Origin: a virus
Virus record (IMG/VR): IMGVR_UViG_3300037245_003526
Span: 1-24,296 of that record
Direction: 5' to 3' (one strand)
Length of the DNA stretch: 24,296 nt
Both the position numbers and the translations under genes were made by a program. Under the pieces are notes generated by a model. That model was not told where the DNA came from. It saw only the letters and a program-made list of their open reading frames with translations, and did not search any database. The number at the start of each line of letters is the position of its first letter. The first letter of the stretch is position 1. This document shows, in pieces, positions 10,643 through 18,969 of this stretch.

Positions 10643-11586
10643 TATCTAATCCCTCCAAAAGCTTTGTAAATATTTGACATCTTTCCTGGATTAACAAGTT
10701 CTGAATACATACAAATTACTTCACTTGGATAAATTAATTCTTGAATGCATAAGCTTTTATCATTTTTAACTTTTAAACCTTCTTTATATGCGTCCTTCAT
10801 AGGTCTATATATTTGTATAAAATTTCGTATTGAAGAAATAAATCCATCTAAATTTATAAAATATAATTTAATCATAGTCATATATTGTATTAATAATTCC
10901 TGAAATTTATCAAACTCTAAACCAGTTCTGTTATTAAATAATCTAACTAATAAGTCTGTGTATTTTGTAATTGATGAATTTAAACTACCTACTGATGTAT
11001 TTTTATATTCAAATTCCTTAAATAAAAATGAATAAAAAATTTTCACTTCTTTATTAATATCCCCTGAAATATCGAACAATTTCTTAAAAAATGTTGAATA
11101 ATATAACGTTAATTCTTTGTCAAATATTCTTTGATATCTTTTCTTCAAGTGCGTAGAAGCCATATGCATAGATTCATGTACTAAAAGTCCAGCTAATAAT
11201 TTATTAGATGCAAAACCAAAAGACATATTATTATCCATTAATAAAAATATTTGATCTGCTTTTGTTGTATAAAATCCCATTATACTTTTAGAACCCATAG
11301 GAGCAAAAATCTTAAATATTGATAAAGAAAATATTCCTTTATTTAACCATGCTGGAACCACTTTATTATTATCTACAAGACTTCTAATTTTGTCTGAAAT
11401 TTTATTAGTTCTTTTATCTTTTACCATAGCTAAACAAAAACGATCTTTAAGACCTTGAGATGTGTATATTTTCATTCCATCTATATTAGCTACATGATAT
11501 GTATTCCAAGGAACAGTCCATATCTCCTCGATATATTGTTTATTACAATTATCAATAAACTCTTTGGTTAAAACATTATCATTCAT
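10642..11586 (-). CDS. putative zinc metallopeptidase-like protein (HExxH)
   Basis: The motif LLVHESMHMASTH (HExxH) has a Glu about 20 residues downstream, as in gluzincins. AAGGAG ribosome-binding site. It lies between the terminase and the 1042-aa protein. Confidence 0.4.
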   Translation of the reverse strand: MNDNVLTKEFIDNCNKQYIEEIWTVPWNTYHVANIDGMKIYTSQGLKDRFCLAMVKDKRTNKISDKIRSLVDNNKVVPAWLNKGIFSLSIFKIFAPMGSKSIMGFYTTKADQIFLLMDNNMSFGFASNKLLAGLLVHESMHMASTHLKKRYQRIFDKELTLYYSTFFKKLFDISGDINKEVKIFYSFLFKEFEYKNTSVGSLNSSITKYTDLLVRLFNNRTGLEFDKFQELLIQYMTMIKLYFINLDGFISSIRNFIQIYRPMKDAYKEGLKVKNDKSLCIQELIYPSEVICMYSELVNPGKMSNIYKAFGGIR

Positions 11587-11597
11587 TTAATAACTCC

Positions 11598-13247
11598 TTA
11601 ACGAGAATCAAGTCCAAAAAATTCTAAAGTATTTATAAATCCTTTAGCTGAATCATCCCCTTCTCTTTGTGCTTTCTTAACCTGTGTAAGTATTGCTTCA
11701 TTGGTAATTCCTGTTGGTGTATCATCATTTAAACTCATAATATCTTTAAATAGACCTTCATATTTATTAGTAGTTCCTACCATAAGAGGTGGATCATATT
11801 TACGAACAAAAAATGCTAAAGCAGTTGCAAGTGCTAAGTCATCGTGACATCCAATATCCGCTTCTACTCTTCCAGATGGTTTACTTATAAGACCAATTAA
11901 TTCTAATACAAGTCTTTGAGATTTGACACATTCTGGAAACTCAGTAATTAATGAATATAGAGCATCAATCATTAATGGTCGTGATCTTCCTGTAGTCTGA
12001 AGTCCATTAATCTTTTTAGTTGATCTAGTTTCTCTATATACCATATGTCTGAATTCACTATTACACATTTCTTCTACTACTTGGTTTCCATATGAATTTG
12101 ATTCTATAACAAGGAGACCAGGATATTGAGCAGCTACAACTTTTACTACTTTAACAAAATCTAATACTTTACATTTACCTTGGTATTCAAAAACTTGCTC
12201 TAAATTTACATAATCCCAAACAGTAATCGCCGACTTATCATCCCCGTGTTCCGGAGCCGTATCAATTCCTGCTATGTAAAATACATCTTCAACTGGTTTA
12301 CTAAATCTCCATGCTTCACCATTAAATAACTTAATTTTTTCAATGATTGGTTCTTGAATATCTTGTAATACTTGATTAGTTTTTTCATCAAAGAATGATC
12401 CAGAAGTTGCTAGAAATTTCAGTTCTAACTCCTGTTGAATTTTCTTTGAATCATGTTCAAATAGTTGGCATTGTGTATTATACCATTCAGGATCATCAGC
12501 TAATTCTGAAACATCTTTCCAATGAATTACGAAATCTTTAAAAATATCATCTCCACCTATTGCTCTTTGATATTTTTCATAAAACCATTTTCCAGGACCA
12601 ACAGTTTTATTTGGAGTAGAAAGAATTACTGTTCCATAAGGTACATCTTTCTTTCTTGCATGCATCTGATTTGTTGATAATGCTGAAACCATACTTGTCC
12701 ATGCCTCATCAAGAAACTTGATAAAAGCTGCCTCATCAATTACTAAGAATGTAATTGCTTTACCACGAAGAGTTTTTTCTGGAGCATTTGGATTGACAGG
12801 TGATGCATATACTTTTGAACCATTTGTTAGTATAAAAGACTGTTCAGTTTTCTTATCAAATTTAATATTAAACCATTCAGGAATCTTTTCAATCATTGAT
12901 CTAATTGCTCTAGCAAAGTCAGTTGCTTCCTTACCATCTTTTGAAATAATACCTATTACAACATTATCAAAGAATATACTTAACCAAACTGAATATGCTT
13001 GAATTATTGTTGAGATTCCTATCTGTCTTGACTTTAATACTAATACATAATGTAATTCATTTATAGTTCGTACTAGTCTAGATTGTGGTTCATATGGTTG
13101 TAATAGTACATCTTCACCTGGCATTTCAATGAAAATATATCTTGAACAAAAATAGTCAAATGAGTTCTTACATTCCATATATTCAAGTAATCGCTTCTGC
13201 GCTAAATCTTTCAGTTTTTCATTTTTTTCGTCATATTTTGCAACCAT
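11598..13247 (-). CDS. terL: terminase large subunit (ATPase plus nuclease)
   Basis: Walker A-like LKSRQIGISTI matches the T4 gp17 SRQLGKT class. Walker B is LVIDEAAF. Size is 549 aa. A C-terminal acidic-residue-rich nuclease region is present. A perfect AAGGAG ribosome-binding site sits 5 nt upstream. Confidence 0.85.
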   Translation of the reverse strand: MVAKYDEKNEKLKDLAQKRLLEYMECKNSFDYFCSRYIFIEMPGEDVLLQPYEPQSRLVRTINELHYVLVLKSRQIGISTIIQAYSVWLSIFFDNVVIGIISKDGKEATDFARAIRSMIEKIPEWFNIKFDKKTEQSFILTNGSKVYASPVNPNAPEKTLRGKAITFLVIDEAAFIKFLDEAWTSMVSALSTNQMHARKKDVPYGTVILSTPNKTVGPGKWFYEKYQRAIGGDDIFKDFVIHWKDVSELADDPEWYNTQCQLFEHDSKKIQQELELKFLATSGSFFDEKTNQVLQDIQEPIIEKIKLFNGEAWRFSKPVEDVFYIAGIDTAPEHGDDKSAITVWDYVNLEQVFEYQGKCKVLDFVKVVKVVAAQYPGLLVIESNSYGNQVVEEMCNSEFRHMVYRETRSTKKINGLQTTGRSRPLMIDALYSLITEFPECVKSQRLVLELIGLISKPSGRVEADIGCHDDLALATALAFFVRKYDPPLMVGTTNKYEGLFKDIMSLNDDTPTGITNEAILTQVKKAQREGDDSAKGFINTLEFFGLDSR

Positions 13248-13307
13248 ATAGGCGCTCCTTTTATATTTTGTTCTAGTAAAATTCCAATCAGTTTAAAAAA
13301 ATCTTAC

Positions 13308-13341
13308 TATATATATAACTAAGTGAAAGATATGTTTGCAA
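13308..13341 (-). promoter_or_regulatory. candidate sigma70-like promoter for the terminase operon (TTGCAA, about 16-17 bp spacer, TTATAT)
   Basis: Read on the minus strand about 60-90 nt upstream of the terminase ATG. This is consensus-like only and has not been tested. Confidence 0.25.
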
Positions 13342-13577
13342 GTTTGTTTATATCTTTTGTAGTTTTATATTAATCCTAAAAAGGGGTCGACACATGATTA
13401 TTCTTTTGAAGGAAATTGGCTATTGTGCAGGGATGATTTCATCAGTTTTTGTTAATGCTAAGAAGCAGGAGACTTCTCATTATGACTACAATTGGACTAT
13501 GTTGTGACAAAAATGATTTACAACCTAAGGGAGGTGTTATTTTCGTTTTAGAAGAAAATAAGATTAAAAAAACTTTA

Positions 13578-13658
13578 ACCACGGATTCACTGGATTGCAA
13601 TAGGTTAAGTAAAAACATCTTATTTTTAGCGGGATCAAGCTTATTATTTAACCTATTG
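13578..13658. repeat. perfect 21-bp inverted repeat (CACTGGATTGCAATAGGTTAA … TTAACCTATTGCAATCCAGTG) with a 39-bp spacer
   Basis: Arms at 13578-13598 and 13638-13658 are exact reverse complements. The repeat lies in the roughly 490-bp non-coding gap upstream of the terminase. It explains the two mirror-image 107-aa ORFs reported on both strands. Confidence 0.85.
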
Positions 13659-13739
13659 CAATCCAGTGAGTTTAGCTTAAATTTAATTATAAACAGAAAT
13701 GAGATATTCCCAATTCTGGGATATTTTATTGTACAAATT

Positions 13740-14972
13740 TTATACTGTTCTATTTGTTTTAACAAGCTCTAAAGCAGCAGTTGCTTCCCATCCTGCCTCA
13801 GTTCTATGTAATTTAATGTCAGTAGAAAGTAATATATATTTTTTTCCAATTGGTTTATGCTCTAAGGTTTTTATACCTAATAATATTGAAGCACCTACAT
13901 TTAATAATGGTTCAATTAAAATATTTTTTTCTATGTTAATTCTAGATCTTGTCATATCATAAATACTTTTAGCCATCATTGATTTAGCAAATACTTCTGA
14001 TTCACCAAATCCTCCATGAGCAATATAATAACGAATTCTTTCTAAATCTTTATGAATAGGAATTTCACTTCCATCACTGCATCCATTTTCTTGAGAAATA
14101 GTTTCTAAATCAAGTTCAATTGTTTCACTTAATTTATCGTCAGGAAGAACTATATGTTTTAAAGTTTTTCCATAATAACTAAATTTAGCATTACCTGTAT
14201 AAGAAGTGTGAATATTATCATATGTTAAAACTTTACTTTTATCTTCTTCTTTAAGTACTGGATTATCACTAGTAGTCATATGCTCTATAATCATTGATGG
14301 TTGTTTTAATATTTCTTCTGCTAAATTTCTTATAAAAATAGTATTATCATATCTACAAAATATTCCAGAGACACCCTCAAAAATACCAAATGTACTATCT
14401 ATATAATTGATAGCATCGTAAAGTGTTGTTGGTGGAATACATACTTGTTTTATAATATCTATACTATCTCCAGTTCCCCATTCAGTTTCCTCTACATTAG
14501 GAGCATATGTACTTATCATGTCGTCTATAATTTGTTTAGGAGTCATGGGACTCATATGAACTCCATAAACTTTATTTACCATAGTAGTCATCGTAATAAA
14601 TGGTATTCTAGTAACAGTTTGAATTCTCATAATAGTTCGATCTTCTTGACTTCCTGTTGCCATCTCAGTAGTCACGGGTACTTCAAATTCTGAAGAAATC
14701 ATAAGAAGATCAAGTTCAGTATTTTCTTTAATAGTTTCATCTTGACCCAATAAATCCAACTTCAAAGTAATTGTATCTTGACCATATAATTTATCTTTGA
14801 TTATTACGTGAGGTGGAATAAAAATTTCTAGAGTGACAGCGGTCCATGCTGATACTAATGAAGTCTCTATTCGAATTTCTTCAAGAAATTTAGAGTATAA
14901 TGTATCTTGATTATTATTAATAGAAAGAGTTATATCATAACTCCTAGTTGGTTGAAGTAATTTATCTACCAA
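13740..14972 (-). CDS. hypothetical protein (410 aa)
   Basis: Long ORF in the minus-strand gene run, upstream of the terminase region. No motif recognised. Confidence 0.5.
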   Translation of the reverse strand: MVDKLLQPTRSYDITLSINNNQDTLYSKFLEEIRIETSLVSAWTAVTLEIFIPPHVIIKDKLYGQDTITLKLDLLGQDETIKENTELDLLMISSEFEVPVTTEMATGSQEDRTIMRIQTVTRIPFITMTTMVNKVYGVHMSPMTPKQIIDDMISTYAPNVEETEWGTGDSIDIIKQVCIPPTTLYDAINYIDSTFGIFEGVSGIFCRYDNTIFIRNLAEEILKQPSMIIEHMTTSDNPVLKEEDKSKVLTYDNIHTSYTGNAKFSYYGKTLKHIVLPDDKLSETIELDLETISQENGCSDGSEIPIHKDLERIRYYIAHGGFGESEVFAKSMMAKSIYDMTRSRINIEKNILIEPLLNVGASILLGIKTLEHKPIGKKYILLSTDIKLHRTEAGWEATAALELVKTNRTV

Positions 14973-15168
14973 TTTTTAAACCTCCTAAGTTAGGTCCGCT
15001 AAAATTACTAGCTATTTCAGCAGCACATTCCATCTGATTTTTTTTAGATCCAGCAACACTAATAGTACGATCTTTAAAATCAAAATCATCAATTTTGCAA
15101 CCATGTTTTTCCAAAATAATACTAATAATACTTAGAAAAAATGATTCTACATCTAGTGGTTTGTTCAT
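14962..15168 (-). CDS. hypothetical small protein (68 aa)
   Basis: AAAGGA ribosome-binding site. Its end overlaps the start of the 410-aa gene by 11 nt. Confidence 0.35.
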   Translation of the reverse strand: MNKPLDVESFFLSIISIILEKHGCKIDDFDFKDRTISVAGSKKNQMECAAEIASNFSGPNLGGLKIGR

Positions 15169-15202
15169 AATATTTCCTTTATTTTTTGTTCCAAAAAAAA
15201 GA

Positions 15203-15242
15203 CAAAAAAAAATAAGAAGCTAAATACACTCCTTATTTTTTT
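15203..15242. terminator. candidate bidirectional intrinsic terminator (AT-rich 9-bp stem with one mismatch, flanked by an A8 run and a T7+ run)
   Basis: AATAAGAAG-ctaaataca-CTCCTTATT is preceded by AAAAAAAA and followed by TTTTTTT. It lies between the 97-aa and 68-aa minus-strand genes. Confidence 0.3.
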
Positions 15243-15247
15243 CAACA

Positions 15248-15541
15248 TTAAGTTGTCATAGAAAATCTAGTCAATGAGTGGAGATTTTCAATTGTTTTTC
15301 CCATTATTTCAGAAAGTTTAATATTTAAAAAATCATCCTTTATAAGTTCCTTTTTTTGCTCCTCTGATAATTTTGCCTCATCAATTTTAGCTTCTAAAGA
15401 CCATGTATCGAATGGGATTAATATTTCCTCTTTATCAAATATCACTCTAATATCACATTCAAGACCAAATGTTAATTTTTCAGAATATCCATACATTCCG
15501 TTTGTTGTTTCTTCAGCAAAACATTCTATTTGTAACTTCAT
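15248..15541 (-). CDS. hypothetical small acidic protein (97 aa)
   Basis: Strong AGGAGGGG ribosome-binding site. Confidence 0.4.
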   Translation of the reverse strand: MKLQIECFAEETTNGMYGYSEKLTFGLECDIRVIFDKEEILIPFDTWSLEAKIDEAKLSEEQKKELIKDDFLNIKLSEIMGKTIENLHSLTRFSMTT

Positions 15542-15550
15542 AATCCCCTC

Positions 15551-15718
15551 CTAATCTAAATCTTCTGGATTTGCTCCATACTCAACAAGAACTTTTTTCA
15601 CTGATGACATACTAACATTTGATGTTTCAGATATACATTCACAATCTATTTCATTATAAATATCTTTTAACATCCTTCTAACTAATTTATTTAGTTCATT
15701 AGGAAGGCGGTTTTCCAT
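15551..15718 (-). CDS. small helix-turn-helix-like protein (55 aa), not in the ORF track
   Basis: ATG at 15718 with an AGGAGG ribosome-binding site 8 nt upstream. Sequence is MENRLPNELNKLVRRMLKDIYNEIDCECISETSNVSMSSVKKVLVEYGANPEDLD. The segment ISETSNVSMSSVKKVL fits a helix-turn-helix pattern. Confidence 0.4.
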   Translation of the reverse strand: MENRLPNELNKLVRRMLKDIYNEIDCECISETSNVSMSSVKKVLVEYGANPEDLD

Positions 15719-15839
15719 ATTTAAACCTCCTATCGACTACATTACTTTTTCTCCTTTCCTTATCAGCAAGATAGTCCCATTTAAATGGATCTTTAGGATT
15801 TCGTCTATCAGTTTGACCTTCTCTTCTTTCTGGTTGCAT
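15699..15839 (-). CDS. possible small basic ORF (46 aa), not in the ORF track
   Basis: ATG at 15839 with an AAGGGG ribosome-binding site. Sequence is MQPERREGQTDRRNPKDPFKWDYLADKERRKSNVVDRRFKYGKPPS. It overlaps the start of the downstream helix-turn-helix gene by 20 nt. Confidence 0.2.
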   Translation of the reverse strand: MQPERREGQTDRRNPKDPFKWDYLADKERRKSNVVDRRFKYGKPPS

Positions 15840-15850
15840 ATTTAAACCCC

Positions 15851-17047
15851 TTATTCATAATTTCTAACTGCTTCTCCTACAGGTTGTTGAGGAACCATAT
15901 CATCACTATATTCAGCAAATTTTACAGTTAATGGTTCTCCTATATAACTATTAAGATTACGATACATTTCTTGACGTTTTTCAACTGTACCTTTAGGACG
16001 AACATCAAATGTTAATCCTCCTTCAGTAACACATCTGAATACTATACATCCTTCATCAGTGCCTGTTCCTTCTTTTCCTCCAACGATATCAAATTCAGCA
16101 GTTTTAAATCCCTTAACTTTTTCAAGATCCTTAGAGTTATACTCAAACATATAGTGACCATCTTTGTTTCTTAACATTCCTCCTTCGAATCCCATAGAAA
16201 CCCATTTATCATGCCGAAGTTTTGCTTCTTTATATGAATTGACAGTTATGGTTTTTACCAGACGAATAGTTGGGGATGTACGTTCATTAATCAACATTTC
16301 ATTTAGAATACTAAGTCTTTCAGAAAAATGTAAAGTAGTATTAGGATAATCATAAATCCAATATTCAAGCTTATGTGCATCTGGTTTAAGGTCTTTTGTA
16401 TATGAACCTATCTTTTGTAAAGACCAATCATGATTATATAACTCACCATGAACCATCTCATTAACATTAAGAATATCATTAAGTTTATCAGTGAAATGTT
16501 CAAGAGTATGAAATAAATGACCTCCTCGTGAATGATAACAAATACCTTCTTCCATATCTTCATTTACCGGATGAAGTAAACCTTTATGTATTGCCCATGA
16601 TATATATTCATGGGAATATTGTTTAAATGAAGGTTCGGAAGCATATTTTCTAGCCATGCAACACACTCCATTTAACTTTGGTTGCATATAACATGGAAAT
16701 TTAATCTTACCTTTTTTAACACCTTTAGCTAATTGAGGAAGAATAATCCTTGGAACATAATTTTTTACATCAATTTGAAATTCATAATTAGCATCTCTTT
16801 TTGTATTAAACTCAGAAACCGCCATATTAACTGCTTGTTTAAAAGGAGTTGTTTCATTTGATTTTCCTATGTTCTTTCCTTTTTTAACATGATTAATATT
16901 TTCTCTAATCTTTCCACCTATTTGACCAGATTCCCTAATCAAAAAAGCAGTTTTATCATCCTGTTCCTCAACTTTAACTTTCCATTTTTGAACCTTTCCT
17001 GTTGAACTTATACCAAATAACATTGGTTGTTCAGCTGCTCTATTCAT
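15851..17047 (-). CDS. ATP-dependent DNA ligase, T4-ligase-like nucleotidyltransferase
   Basis: The sequence KFPCYMQPKLNGVCCMA aligns without gaps to the T4 ligase motif I region KFPAFAQLKADGARCFA (recalled from memory). GELYNHD matches T4 GELVYHE. MGFEGGMLRNKDGHYMFEYNSKDLEKVKGFKTAEFDIVG matches T4 motifs IV-V (QGLEGIILKN…LYKFKEVIDVDLKIVG). The preferred start is ATG at 17047, which has an AAAGGGGG ribosome-binding site and an ATGA overlap with the upstream gene; the track start at 17077 is the alternative. Confidence 0.8.
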   Translation of the reverse strand: MNRAAEQPMLFGISSTGKVQKWKVKVEEQDDKTAFLIRESGQIGGKIRENINHVKKGKNIGKSNETTPFKQAVNMAVSEFNTKRDANYEFQIDVKNYVPRIILPQLAKGVKKGKIKFPCYMQPKLNGVCCMARKYASEPSFKQYSHEYISWAIHKGLLHPVNEDMEEGICYHSRGGHLFHTLEHFTDKLNDILNVNEMVHGELYNHDWSLQKIGSYTKDLKPDAHKLEYWIYDYPNTTLHFSERLSILNEMLINERTSPTIRLVKTITVNSYKEAKLRHDKWVSMGFEGGMLRNKDGHYMFEYNSKDLEKVKGFKTAEFDIVGGKEGTGTDEGCIVFRCVTEGGLTFDVRPKGTVEKRQEMYRNLNSYIGEPLTVKFAEYSDDMVPQQPVGEAVRNYE

Positions 17048-17361
17048 TTGACCCCCTTTATTTTTTTTACTTTCCAACCAGAAGTTTTAAATTTCTTAAT
17101 AACCTTTTGACATTCTTCATAAACATCACCATGATAATATCTTGCTGCTCCAGTTATATTACTTTTTATAAAAAATTTATTTTTTTGTACATCATAAAGT
17201 AAAGCATCAGTATAAAAATCTATCCTTTTATCTCTAATGTACATCTTAGGTTTAGGTTCAATAGGTAATTCAATCTCTTTTGTAATTATGTATCTCAAAT
17301 TTTCTTTACTACCTACATCCTCTGAATAACATTTAATTTCAATATTACATTTATACAACAT
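17044..17361 (-). CDS. hypothetical protein (105 aa)
   Basis: Its stop overlaps the ligase start (ATGA). It is basic at the C-terminus. Confidence 0.45.
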   Translation of the reverse strand: MLYKCNIEIKCYSEDVGSKENLRYIITKEIELPIEPKPKMYIRDKRIDFYTDALLYDVQKNKFFIKSNITGAARYYHGDVYEECQKVIKKFKTSGWKVKKIKGVK

Positions 17362-17377
17362 TTATATAAACACCTCC

Positions 17378-18820
17378 TTAGAAATATGAGTTCATTATAT
17401 TTTTCATTTCCTCTATCTTTGGATTAAGTTTTCCAGCAAATAAAAGTGTATAAAATCTAATCATATCACCTTCTATCTTTGATAGAGGAATCCCTGTCAA
17501 TCTTTTTCCTGAATAAATATTACAGAAATTAACTCTGGATGTTCTTCCTACGAAAAAACTCATTATATCGTATGGTAATATTTTTGTAGTAAATCCAAAA
17601 AAGTTTTCAACACTTTGTTGAATATTTATAAAACCAAGTTCATTATTAACATTTTTAATTTTATATGTTGTAGCATTTGCTGGTTGACTTACTGGATAAA
17701 ATTCAAGTAAACTGAATAAATCACTGTATTCATTCTTAAATACTTTTTTCAAAATTGAGTGTATATAAACAGATAAAATAGCAGAATACTCTGGTGAAAC
17801 TGTTGAAAAATAACTGTATGGAATATCTGTCATTTCTGATAAAAGTGGAAATATTAAACAATCACTTAGAGGTGAGATATATTCAATAGAAGTGATACGA
17901 TTATGAAAATCATTAACTCTTTTATCATTTGCATCATCTTCTATAATAAAACGACTTTCTGATTCAATAGCTTCATGAATTTGTTCATATGCTATAACCT
18001 TTAATTTACCTAATGTATCATTAAAGGAATATGTTTTTAAATTATCTCTATCTGAACTATGAATATCTTCTGTAGAAATCTCATCATCATAAATCATAAC
18101 TCTTTTATAAACAGATCGTAAGAACCATTTAACTGATTCATCTACTACACCAACAAAATATGTAATTGGATTTTTCTGTTCTTCACATAATACCACAATT
18201 GAATTCATTATGAAGTTGAATATTTCATCAGCATGAGTATCTATAGTTTTACAATGCATATTCTTTAAATACTCCCACATATATGCATCAGTAAGATTAT
18301 ATCTATATGTTTTAGTCTTAACAACATTCAAAATTTTACTTACAATTTGTTTTTCGATAATTTCATCAATAATTATATTATAAAGTTTTTTATTAATCTT
18401 TTTAGGAAGTTTTAAATCACTATTAAATAAAACTGAAAATATTTTAAGATAATTTGAAGTTCTTATAATGCTTTTAATCTCATTTGGCTCAAATAGAATA
18501 GTTCCTTTTTTAACTTTCTTTCTATTTACAAAAGTCTCATAATCAATTTGTAAATTATCAATGTATTCATCAACGAATTCCTTAAGTTTATTAATATTAT
18601 CAACCATATCTTTAAGTTCTAATGATCCTAAATTAAGAAATATATCTATAAACCATTCATCAAATGATTCTCCAATTTGAATGGATAGTCTTTCTATGAA
18701 ATCAGTAATTATGAAAAATTTGTTTGTTATTGTGGATGAATCTAAATTAAGAGTTTTAACCATCTCATCATCCTTGAAAATGTTCCATTTTTTAGTTTGC
18801 TGCTTTTCGAATTTTAGCAT
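17378..18820 (-). CDS. hypothetical protein (480 aa)
   Basis: Long AT-rich ORF. It starts with GGAAGGAATTCT then ATG. It lies downstream of the GC-rich hairpin. Confidence 0.5.
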   Translation of the reverse strand: MLKFEKQQTKKWNIFKDDEMVKTLNLDSSTITNKFFIITDFIERLSIQIGESFDEWFIDIFLNLGSLELKDMVDNINKLKEFVDEYIDNLQIDYETFVNRKKVKKGTILFEPNEIKSIIRTSNYLKIFSVLFNSDLKLPKKINKKLYNIIIDEIIEKQIVSKILNVVKTKTYRYNLTDAYMWEYLKNMHCKTIDTHADEIFNFIMNSIVVLCEEQKNPITYFVGVVDESVKWFLRSVYKRVMIYDDEISTEDIHSSDRDNLKTYSFNDTLGKLKVIAYEQIHEAIESESRFIIEDDANDKRVNDFHNRITSIEYISPLSDCLIFPLLSEMTDIPYSYFSTVSPEYSAILSVYIHSILKKVFKNEYSDLFSLLEFYPVSQPANATTYKIKNVNNELGFINIQQSVENFFGFTTKILPYDIMSFFVGRTSRVNFCNIYSGKRLTGIPLSKIEGDMIRFYTLLFAGKLNPKIEEMKNIMNSYF

Positions 18821-18910
18821 AGAATTCCTTCCTTTTTGTGGAAATTTCGTATTCCATTATAAACCAAGTTGTTATATATATTCATTTATGAGTAAAACTC
18901 TTCGAGAAGA

Positions 18911-18945
18911 GTAGTGCGACTAAGAACTCATCCTAGTCGCACTAC
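18911..18945. terminator. GC-rich perfect 12-bp stem-loop (GTAGTGCGACTA / TAGTCGCACTAC, 11-nt loop), possibly a terminator or recombination boundary
   Basis: The arms are exact reverse complements. It lies 25 nt downstream of the stop of the higher-GC 383-aa gene. Only a weak U-tract follows it on the minus strand. Confidence 0.4.
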
Positions 18946-18969
18946 CGGGTTATCTACTATAAATATTAA

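Noticed and set aside
13659-13739. The inverted repeat as a simple rho-independent terminator for the 410-aa gene.
   Set aside because: No U-tract immediately follows either arm on either strand, and a 39-nt loop is atypical for a terminator. I kept it as an inverted repeat of unknown function instead.
13442-13772. Two 107-aa ORFs of identical length on opposite strands (13442-13765 minus, 13449-13772 plus).
   Set aside because: They are mirror images generated by the 21-bp perfect inverted repeat and flanking palindromic sequence; both contain SLDCNRL and NLLQSSE. Both are low-complexity with no convincing ribosome-binding site. I treat them as non-coding.
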